Assembly (NCBI GenBank): GCA_951406725.2
Contig: OX597815.1
Span: 114,266,001-114,330,000 of the forward strand
DNA: 64,000 nt
Source: Octopus vulgaris
Lineage: Eukaryota
Direction of reading: 5' to 3'
In this document: one piece after another, positions 53,762 through 64,000 of the stretch
Layout: the number at the start of each line of letters is the position of its first letter
Numbering within the stretch: position 1 is the first letter of the stretch
The notes under the pieces: generated by a model
What the model was told of the DNA's origin: nothing
Databases searched by the model: none
What the model saw: only the letters and a program-made list of their open reading frames with translations
Program-made: the position numbers and the translations under genes

Positions 53762-54164
53762 AGGATTAAAATTCATCAAAGGACATACTAAATATGCCTA
53801 CCTGCTGGAAATAACAGTTAAAACTCTTACTTAAATCGCCGAAAAACACTGATAATAGCTACAGAAATCAACCGTCTGCGAGCAAACGAGTTAGGACAAT
53901 CTTTCGATATACATTCAAGTATTTGGACTCACGTGGACCGGTTTCTGGACTGGCATTATTGCCTCACGTGTTAACAGGTAGGTGAAGCTATAATGCCAGT
54001 CCAGAAACCGGTTCACGTGAGTCCAAATACTTGAATGTATGCTGAAAGATTGTTGATTTCTGTAGTTATTATCAGTGTTTTTTTCGACGATTTAAATAAG
54101 AGTTTTGACTGTTATTTCCAGCAGGTAGCCATATTTAGTAAGTCCTATGATTAATTTTAATCCT
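53762..54164. mobile_element. Fold-back element (~175-200-bp arms, ~30-nt loop) carrying hammerhead 3' halves
   Basis: 53762-53959 mirrors 53990-54164; the left arm has a ~24-nt extra segment. Both arms contain GAAA-CCGG-T(C/T)-cacgtgag. Confidence 0.85.
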
Positions 54165-54981
54165 GCAGCTATTTAATATATATATAAGGAAGATAGCTAG
54201 TAGTAAAATCTCAAAAAGAGACCAGAGTAGTAACTATACTAACAAGTAAAGTTAATCGCCTCATCAAAGTGGCTGTTCCATGTTACCACTCTTTAACCCT
54301 AGGCATAACTTCCGCCAGCTGGTTAGCAGTGCGGCGTTGCACCCTGTATATACAAATATAATTGCTAGCAGGGGAGCGAACCCATACCATCCTCAAGCAT
54401 TATATATATATATCGATTATACTATTTTAAGTAATTCTGTATCCCCAAAGAACATTTAGTCCATATAGATAAGTTCTTGGTATACTTTTCAAACTAATAC
54501 AATATTTAGCTCGGGAAAGTATAAACCGATGGTAGTGATGAGGTAAAAATACAAAAAAAAAAAAACCTGATTTTCTTTAACCAGACACAGAAGCATCATA
54601 TTCTTCGGTTTTCAGAGAAATATACGATTGAGATGCTCCTAAACTTTTGTAGCGAGCATTAACATTTTAAACTAAGTAAACCAAATAGTTACAATCAGAA
54701 ACTAGAACTGCATCATGACTTTAGCAAGTCGGTTCTATGTTAATCGCCACGCCTACCACCAATAAATTCACTGTTAATTATACTTTTGTTGAGTGGTCAT
54801 ATATCGACGGTGGGAGGGTCAAAATCTCGTCAGAAGTTAAGGAAAGCAATGACATCTGGACAGGATGTGCCTAACTACGAAAAATAAAAAGCAAAAAGAA
54901 AAAAAAACAAATAAAGCTATATATTTTATTTGTCCACCTGTGACAAGCTTTTTCTATTTTATTTGTTGCTAGAGAGAGAGA

Positions 54982-55042
<61 letters not shown>

Positions 55043-55657
55043 GGGGATGTGTATGCGCCTGCGTGCGTACGGTAACGTTTGGCTCTTCTTTACATGTGAT
55101 TTAGATATCCGCCCATTTATGTCAGAAATGATTGGGCTAGTGGATTTGCTCTTGTTCGAACTCAGAAAGCATCAATCAACAGTGGTAGGGTTGCCGCTCC
55201 AACACGCCTTGTTAAAATCAATCATAAGACTCAGTTGTTTGTTTTGTACTTTTCTTTTTAAACATCTAGTTATCTATCTTCTCTTCCTTCCCGCAATCTG
55301 CATGACTTACAACCAGCTCTCTGTCGACCTAATTTAAAATAACATCCAACCTTCAATTCGTTTTTCTATACTTTGTCATTTTGTTTTTCCTGGTCTTTAT
55401 TTCATAGGTTTCTTCTCAGAATCTCTTCTGATTTTACTCTACCCTTTCGTTCTCCATGTTTTACTTTACTTCAGGCTTCCGTTTCCCTTCCTTTTTCTAA
55501 CAAATAATCCACGTATTTTTCAACAAATTCCTAATATTTTACTCTTTTTATCGTACAACTGAATATACATACATTCACTTTCAAAGTAAACGCGTCTCCA
55601 TTTATAATTAACAAAATATAAAACAAACAATATAGATACACAAGCATGTGTACATGA

Positions 55658-56071
55658 GGATCTTTTCGATTTGAACGGCAGTTTTTTTCTAGCGGTGTCA
55701 TATGAAATTGTCACCCATAATTATAACCCTAGTATCGATCTATTGCATTTCAATCTGGGTTAGGGTTAGTTAGGGTTAGGGGTGGGGGAAAGGGTATCTT
55801 TTTTTCTTCACAAATGTAAATAAACCCAATCTGTTTCTTAAACGAGGGACATACGGCACAGAATGTTGTTTACCTCAATGGACGTCAGTGATTGGTTGAA
55901 ATTGCAGAAATTGAAGAAAAAGCAACAAATATCTTACAAAGTATAGAATTTTCTCAATAAAGCCAAGAGAAAAAGATGTTTTATAAACACATTCTACCAG
56001 TATACGAAGTTTAAAATTTTTTAGTTACCTAGAAATTATGTTAAAAACTACCGTTCAAACCGAAAAGATCC
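55658..56071. mobile_element. MITE with GGATC-starting ~29-bp TIRs and 8-bp TSD (Merlin-like)
   Basis: TIRs ggatcttttcgatttgaacggcagttttt / aaaaactaccgttcaaaccgaaaagatcc. TSD gtacatga at 55650-55657 and 56072-56079. Internal TTAGGG copies. Confidence 0.9.
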
Positions 56072-56804
56072 GTACATGATATATTCAAACTGAAAATAAT
56101 AATGCATACATATATCTATGTAAATGTAATATCTATAAATTAAATTGGAAACAAAAAAAAAAAAATTGAGCCAAATATATAAAAAAAATTAAGCTAAATG
56201 ACTTCTTCAGTTTTATTCCAAGAAAAATAAGTCGGGTTTTTATAATAATAATGAAAACCTAATGGATGTAAAGTGCTGAGGCATCAGACCAGAAGAGACT
56301 CTTCAGGAAAGCTGGTATCTTACTGTTTTTAAAAGAGAAAAAAGTATCATTATATTCAGTTGAGTTGACGCAATCAAATTATGTTGTACGGTTCTTAAAT
56401 GGCTAGAAACTGTGAAGAGATTATATCTGAAGATAAAGAGTTTTTTTAATGTCAACGGTTTCTGTCCGGTATTTGTTTATTTATTTATTTCAACGAAACG
56501 AAACAACAATATAAGAGAGGGACGCCACAAAAATTTGAAACTCAAAATCTTTCAAGATAACGAGAAAGTTTCTATACGATCGCCCGAGCCAACGAGCGAG
56601 CGTCTACGTAACTGCTCAACTAGCAAGAAATTGCAGTCGAATCTACCTCAAATGATACCCTATCGTCCAATTCACACGCACACATACACACACAAAGTGA
56701 CATGATACTTAGGGTAATACGTTATCGAAAAAAAAAAAATAATAAATAAAAGACAAGGTGCTCGCAATTGAAGTACTTCAATCGTGACCACCTTGTCTTT
56801 TATT

Positions 56805-57420
56805 GGATCTTTACCTTTTGACCGACAGATTTAAAAAATAATTTTTTGTAACTGAACACTTTCAAACTTCGGACACTGGTAGAATGTGTCAAATAAAACA
56901 TCTTTTACTCATAGCATTTTTGAGAAAAGCTTATATTTAGGAAGTTATTTCACGTTAAAGTTGTAGTATTTTGGTAATTTCAACCAATCAATGACGTATA
57001 TTCAGCTGAATAAAATTACTGCTGTTGTTTGTCAACAAGAACTTCTGGCGGGTATATTTCATTTGTCACTGTTATTTATGACAGCTCTAACCCTAACCCT
57101 AAAACCTCATAGCTAAAACCAGTACAAACGCACGAACGATGTCATAAATAACAGTGACAAACGAAAAATACACATCCGATGGTTGTTGTTGACAAACAAC
57201 GGCAGTAATTTTATTCAGCTGAATACACGTCATTGATTGGTTGAAATTACCGAAATAGGATAACTTAAACGTGAAATAATTTCATAAATATAAGTTTTTC
57301 TCAAAAATATTAAGAGTAAAAGCTGTTTTATATGACACATTCTACCAGTGTCCGAAGTTTGAAAGTGTTTAGTTACAAAAATGTTATTTTTATAATCTGT
57401 CGGTCAAAAGGTAAAGATCC
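56805..57420. mobile_element. Fold-back MITE with ~278-bp TIRs, GGATC ends and 8-bp TSD (Merlin-like)
   Basis: 56805-57082 mirrors 57140-57420. TSD cttttatt at 56797-56804 and 57421-57428. Central ctaaccctaacccta. Confidence 0.92.
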
Positions 57421-57671
57421 CTTTTATTTATTCATGGCCAAAAGTACTTTTGATCACAAGTCTGCACAATCAGAAGAGAATTAGAGCTAAACAACAATAC
57501 TAACTCAACAGTTTTTGACTAGTCAGCGAGAATGTGTCAATGTAACAATTTTTTTGTGGAACAGGGCATCACATTACTATATTTAGGGGAAGAAGAAAGG
57601 AGATATTTGTGGGACGCTGTGTTATTCATCCTGTCTCTCTCTAAAGGCATCAGAGGAACGAAATGAAATTA

Positions 57672-58148
57672 CAGTGATCCCTCGCTACTTCACGGTTCAA
57701 CTATCGCGGATTTTAAATATATATATAACTCCTAAAATTTTTCATTAAATCCATTAAAATATTAATAATAAATATTATTTCATAGTCTAGGAACAACAAA
57801 ACAAGCGTAAAATAGCAAAAAAGCATATACAGGGGTATTTGAACTTAAGACGGGCTGTGATTGGTGCAATGGAGAGAGACGACGAATCACAGCTTTCTAT
57901 TTTGTAATCTGGCCTGTGTAACAGTAACAATCTTTATTTTTTTAAAATCTAAAGTGTCATTGCTTAACATTTGTCCTTTTTATTAATAGACTACCGTAAT
58001 TGGTGGGTTGTTAACAGTACAGAGAGGGTTTTAAAAGTCCAAATACACGTTAAATAAATACTGTAAATATGGTGTCCCTACTTCGCGGAAATTCAGTTAT
58101 TGCGGGCGGCCTCGGAACCAATCTACCGCGATAAACGAGGATTCACTG
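57672..58148. mobile_element. pogo/Tigger-type MITE with TA TSD
   Basis: ta|cagtgatccctcgct...atcgcgg and ccgcgataaacgaggattcactg|ta. Confidence 0.8.
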
Positions 58149-59133
58149 TAATTCGAATCGAAACAGAATCACATCTCAACTAGTTAGTTTAGCTTTCTTC
58201 ACCACAGCGCTCGATTAACAAGTATAGTTGAATGGAAATTAATATTAAAAAAATACAGGATGAATGATGTGGTGATGATCATGTCTTTCTGAGAGACCTT
58301 ACATACATATTAATGTAGGTGAAATAGAATGGCTAAAACTGAAAATCAAACTTGTCTCATGTACGTTTATTTCACAACTGCGTGATTCATGAAGACGCGT
58401 AGCATCTATATTATATAATAAAGTGCTATTTATGATTTGAAGACAGCTATTATGTAACGGAAACGGTAAAGCAAATCTTTATTAAACCAATGTATTTTAG
58501 CTACGAACCTATGAATTGAATTATCGCCAGCTTCGACTTTTTTTTTGAGGGGAGGAAAATAGTCGATTAAATCGACATCAGTATATGACTGATACTTTAT
58601 TGGCCCCATGGAAAGATAAAAGACAAAGTTGGTTCTGGCAAGATTTGAACTCACAAAGTAAAGAAAAAAGAGAAATACCGAAAGACGTGTAGTTTACCGC
58701 TATTACAATTAAGTCAGCTTATACAACTTACCAAAATTAGTAACCAAATCTTCCTAAAATCATACTGTACAGTCTTTATTTTTAATAACACATTAGTTAA
58801 TGTAACAATAAATATCCTGTTTCTGAATAAATGGCGAGATATCAAGACAAGTACTTTTGGTCATAGTTCTACTCTATCAGGAATGACTTGGGGCCAGGCA
58901 ACCACAATCTAAATAATAATCCGTACTAATTAACTCGCCCACCCCTGCTTCAAAAAAGCAATTTTCTGAAATTCCAGCCCTGCCCATATATTTCCTGCAG
59001 ACATTGCCGTCAAACTAATGTTTAAGCTGATCATCAAAATCCTTGCAGTGAGGGAAGGCCTACGAATCTCTTATTACCCGACCAAATAGATATCTGCCTA
59101 GACTACTCGCTTTTTCAAATACACACACATGTA

Positions 59134-59346
59134 AGGCGGTGAGCTGGCAGAATTGTTGGCATACACAGGACAAAATGTTTAGTAGTGTTTTGTCCGTACT
59201 TACATTCTGAGTTCAAATTCCACCGTGGTTGGTTTTCATCCTTTCGTGGTCGATAAGGTAAGTACCAGTTGAGAACTGGGGTCGATGTAATCGACTTAAT
59301 CCTTTCCCGCCGAACTTGCCGGCCTTGTGCCAAAATTTGAAACCAA
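59134..59346 (+). mobile_element. tRNA-headed SINE (same family as 4675-4906)
   Basis: ggcggtgagctggcagaat...ctgagttcaaattcc...tttcatcctttcgtggtcgataa...ggccttgtgccaaaatttgaaacc. Confidence 0.85.
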
Positions 59347-59349
59347 TAA

Positions 59350-59385
<36 letters not shown>

Positions 59386-60739
59386 GAAAGGAAGCATAAA
59401 TTGAAGAATATCTTTTTAGTCTTTTACTAGCTTCAGTCATTGAATTGCAATTTATATTCAATTAAATATTAAATTAAAAAAGTCGTTTGTTGAGTTTTTA
59501 TTTTATTCGGGGAAATATTTTCTTATGAGATTAAAACAAATTATTTCTTTCTTATGACAGAATTCGGTCGAATGTTTGTAGCGTGGCACTGTGTGTATGT
59601 GTGTGTGTGTGTGTGGGGGGGACATAGTGAAAGCAGAACCAGGGAAGAGGAGAGAGAGAAGTTTTTATAAAGTGTGCGTGCGCGTGGATTGATCGGGGGC
59701 TATGGTGGCAGAAAGTATGCGAAAAGTAATGAAATGTTTATCGAAATCTTTCAAAATGTTTATTTTTCGTGAAAGAAATATGCCCAAAATAATCAAAGTA
59801 ACAAGTATTGGAATGGCAAATAGCGAAAAGGAATTCTATAAATTTATTAAACCCATTTTACCAGAAATAATCGTGCATTTCACACTCCTGTATTCACCTT
59901 TTTCTTTTCATATAGAAATCGAAAATAAATATTTAAAAATCTTAGAAACGATTCCCATTCGTACTCTTTATTTCACACACACTTAAATGGGGATGGTGAC
60001 CTAAACAAAGTACAAACAATCGAGATAAACAATCTTGTGCCTCACCCTTCATAACTATTATCTCAGCAAGACTATAATGGATTATCACATACATGGTTTT
60101 CAATGTCTGCTTATTCAGAGCCAGACAGACTTCTGCAAAATCTATTATGGCGAACTAACAGATGATATGTGAAGATACAGCACAATATAAAATGAATGCG
60201 AGTTAGATTTGATGTTCGGCAGAGCAATCGAGATTCCGTTTGGCGGATAAATTCAAAAAGGGACAGAGAATTTATTCAGAAGATAAACTATGAAGTAGAA
60301 AAAAACAATAAGACAAATCGAATTAATTACTCTAATAAGTTACGGGGCTTGAAGCTATAGTTACATATAGGAACGGTTTTAATTGCAAGATAGAATGTTC
60401 TTGATTTTGAGGTTTCGATAAATCTATCTATGACAGTGAATAAAATGCCAATGAGCTTTTGAAGAATTTTCACGTTCGTTACTGAATTTTCGATCAGTGA
60501 ATTTTTTTATCTGCGTTTATATATTTGGATGTTCTTTTTATATTGTGTTGCTCTTTGGGGAAAATAATGAAATTATAACTATAATTAAGGCAGTAAATAA
60601 GTGAAGTGTCCAATCTTCTTGATTTAATTACTGCTAGAATTCTGTTTGCCTTTCATCCTTTCGGGGATAAAATAAATGCCAATTAGATATTGGTGTGGAA
60701 ATAAATCTACTGTTCCTTCCAAAATGTGGCCTTCATTGA

Positions 60740-61060
60740 GAATACAAGACAGAAAGCCCAGTTGTTAAACATGTGGCAGTAAAGGCTACTTCAAGGCTTC
60801 TCTGTCCAGAAGACCTGGAAAACACAAAAGAAGCCTAGTGTCGAGAGACTGCTGTTCCAGAAGCACCACCAGTCGTAACACCAGTTGCAGCTTCGAGGAG
60901 GACTGAAACTCCACTACATTTTCTGTCTCAGTAACAAAGAATATCAAGGCACCGTCTGACAGTCTAGAGTTGGTACTAGAGGTCACTTCGTGTTGGGTAT
61001 TAGAAGCAGACAATAGAGAAGTGTCCCTCCTAAAGCTAAACAGAAAAGATCTTGGAGATT
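60740..61060 (+). mobile_element. Decayed ORF1 zinc-knuckle remnant
   Basis: DRKPSC*TCGSKGYFKAS/CPE aligns with the R.P.CxxCGxxGHxxAxCP knuckle at 46.2 and 63.9 kb. Confidence 0.5.
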
Positions 61061-61066
61061 TATTGT

Positions 61067-61260
61067 AGCGAGCTGGCAGAATCGTTACCACGCCGGTTAA
61101 AATGCTTTACGGCATTTCTTCCAACTTGGCGTTCTGAGTTCAAATTCAATCGAGGTTGATTCTGCCTTTCATCCTCTCTGGTTTGTTGGACACTGGGGTC
61201 GATGTAATCGACTTATCCTCTCCCATAAAATTTCAATCCTTGTGCCTGTAGTAGAAACGA
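61067..61260 (+). mobile_element. tRNA-headed SINE (same family as 4675-4906)
   Basis: gcgagctggcagaatcgtta...ctgagttcaaattc...gcctttcatcct...ggggtcgatgtaatcgactta. Confidence 0.85.
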
Positions 61261-63182
61261 TTAGTAGGAGAGTTTTTAATGCAGTTCGTGTAATTTCAAT
61301 AGGTTCATATAGACGCAAGTTGATACGAAAAGTAGGTTTCCTTGAATTTCTCCCAACGATGAAGCGCCATTCCTTGGGGCATATAAGAAATCTGAATTCT
61401 ATTTTGTTTTAAATATGGAGAAAATAAACACTTAAAGAAAAATTTTTAATTTCTTTTCTTATAGCAATTATTGATACGTCTACAGAGAAATCAATTTTAT
61501 CCAAAAGTAGACATAACATAGAAATAAAGAATATAAACGGGTTTACTCGAAGTCATAAATGCATGGCTTGTTAGGGGTATAATCCAGTGTCTGTATCTTG
61601 TAAACTCTTCCACATTGTCTTCAAAGAATTTTTCTCTTATGCTATCTTCTGCATAACTAAAGAATTAGCAAACAAGAAAAAAAAAACAACCTTAAGTACA
61701 ATTACTACTGAAGGGCAGAAATTTTAGATTGAGTTACATAGAAAACATTTATAATTGGTTTTGAAGTATCTTTTTCACTGCGTTTTTGTTTGCATTCAAT
61801 AATGGATAAAATGAAAACTAACCAAGTGAAAGAAGTGGGGAAAACGTTATTTTTTATGACTTAATCAAAGATACATGAATTGCGCCTATAATTTTCGCAA
61901 AGTCTTTGAGAATGCAAAGGAAAAGAAAATAGAAACCACAACTTATCAGGTTCAGTTCATCCTACAGGCTTTCACAGTTTCCGTCAATCCAAACCTTTTG
62001 AATGAACTCTAGCTTACAATATTCTCCTCATATAACTGTTTTCAGTCTGTGGTTTATTGTCTGATTTTTCATTTCTGCTGATGTACGAAACTATTCTGGA
62101 CATTCCATTACTGCTGCCAGTGTATCAACAAGAATGATGCAGTGTTTTAGAAGGATTACAATATGCATAGAGAATCTAGGGCGCGCCCAGTGGGATCCGG
62201 TCCCGAACCACGTATTTGTGAAGCAAGATTCTTAACCACATGGACATGCTTGTGTTCACCTATTGTTTACGAATTAACTTTAAAATTTATATTTCTTGAG
62301 GAATACATTACAAACGATTGATAGGGGATAACAACTATGTTAGTGTACAAAACATTTCATCAAAGTAGGAGGAAATGTTAAAGATTTATTTATCCTTAAC
62401 ATAAGTTGACGTTTCACCTCCATTCGACGTAAGTACTGCTTAAAAAGTAAAGACATCTTTTGCCGACAGCATAAAATTTATTTCACCGTTTAAGCAATTT
62501 ATATTGCTTTTTCCCGATATAGAACATCACTAGTTTTGTTGGATTCTACTGATATGGTTATTTTCTGGCTATGTTTTGTTATCTGATTTACCAACTTATT
62601 CTGGGCATTTCGGAACTACAACCAATCTCATCACAAAATGTCAAGAAGGAGCGAATACTTCAGAAAGCTTACAGTAAATCTAGAGAGTGTAAAGGAATAA
62701 AACGTGCATTGGTTCAATAATGCGACGAGTAATTTAGAAAACTGCCAAATCTATGCAGAGATTAACGCTCGAGTAATGTTGCTAATAATGAAAACTATTG
62801 GATATTATCATTGATTAGATCATTTAATAAATCTGATTGCTCAAATGTGGTTGATATAAAAGATGCAATGTTGACTCATCAATAACTTAGATATTTCATA
62901 TATTAGCTGATTTGCATGAAAGAATATTCTTTCACACATACTAGCTTTTGTCAGACTGCGGCCATTTTGGAGCATCACCTTGAAGGGCTTTAGCTAACCA
63001 TATTATATACAATCTTGTACTTATTTTATCGATTTCTGTTTATAGAATGGTTTAGATAACTTTTGAGGTGAAGGGTGAAATTCGACGTTTTCTTTTTGTT
63101 ACACCTGTTTACTCACTTTGTGGAACCAAGGTTCCAAGCAATGGAACTAAACTGTTTTTGGCTACAGTAGAAGACTATCTTC

Positions 63183-64000
63183 CTTTATTATAGACATAAA
63201 GCCTTAATATTGACGGGACAACACAAAACGTGGGGCACATACAAACATATAATGAATGAATTATGGAAATAATGAAATTGAAATGGCTTTCCTAACCTAA
63301 AAAGTTCCATTTTACTGTTTTTAAAATTAGTAATTATTTGTATCGCGTTTACATCATAAAGTCTATTAACTCCTCGAATTCTATCACTGATGGTAATCCG
63401 CCTTATATCAATCGTAATGCTGTTATCTCTATCCTGTCTCCGAATATTTCTCTCAATCTTTCTGCTCTCTCTCATCTTCCAGCAGCACTGCTTTCTGATT
63501 CCGGTTCTGCTCCTTGTCGGTCAGCTTAATCCTTATCACGCCTTTCATCTTGGAAATTCTTTTCTCTATTTCCACACTCTTTTCGTACTGAACCATCACA
63601 CTTTCATATTTCCCCTTCGGTGGCTCTCTCGGTTGTATCACTTCACTCTCTGCCCATGTTGCTAGTGTTTCCATCTCTATTTGTTGCTCCTTCTCATTTT
63701 CTAGTCTCTTCTTCTGTCGTTCCTCCTCCTTGCTTGTTGAAGGCTCTGGTCTTTGCTTTCGTTCTCCCGTTGATACCTCATTTTTCTTTTTCTGTTCTTA
63801 TTTTCCTCCGCCTTTCTTTTCTTTTTAGGTGGAGATTCGATGTCTTTTCCCTTCCTTTCTACCACTGTAAACTCCTCTTCCTCCTTTGCCGTTACAATTG
63901 CTTCTTCCTGACTCTCCTCCACCTCCTCCTGTTCGTGTTTCTGGGGACACTTGGCTTTTCATGCAAAACATATTGGAGGTCTACCTTCCACAATAATTCT
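63183..64000 (-). mobile_element. ORF1-like retroelement 3' part (broken zinc knuckle, charged tail, 3'UTR with AATAAA)
   Basis: Minus strand: RIIVEGRPPICFA..KAKCPQKH, then EEEEFTVVERKGK..SPPKKKRK. AATAAA at 63184-63189 (minus). Runs off the window. Confidence 0.65.

Overview
AT-rich, microsatellite- and transposon-dense animal genomic DNA. The SINE families and repeat landscape look like an Octopus (coleoid cephalopod) genome; this is inferred from recalled repeat sequences, not from a search. No prokaryotic features, rRNA or genuine tRNA genes were seen. The window holds: (i) a spliced minus-strand gene missed by the ORF track, with five phase-compatible exons at 19517->6438, further candidate exons at 22.8 and 31.3 kb, and a possible signal-anchor first exon at 50.0-50.3 kb; (ii) a decayed Penelope-like retroelement (PLE; RT + GIY-YIG) with inverted terminal repeats; (iii) CR1- and RTE-type LINE remnants, three zinc-knuckle ORF1 remnants, mariner/Tc1/maT/pogo fossils, Helitron-like elements, two related GGATC-ended MITEs with 8-bp TSDs and telomeric repeats, and many SINEs. 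The most striking pattern is a dispersed set of type I hammerhead ribozyme (HHR) motifs with palindromic stem III (best copies 24614-24713 minus and 38687-38729 plus). Several sit in or beside long fold-back inverted repeats (28.1, 38.6, 44.9, 53.8 kb), suggesting multiple families of small non-autonomous, ribozyme-carrying palindromic PLE derivatives. All coordinates were read by eye and repeat boundaries are approximate.
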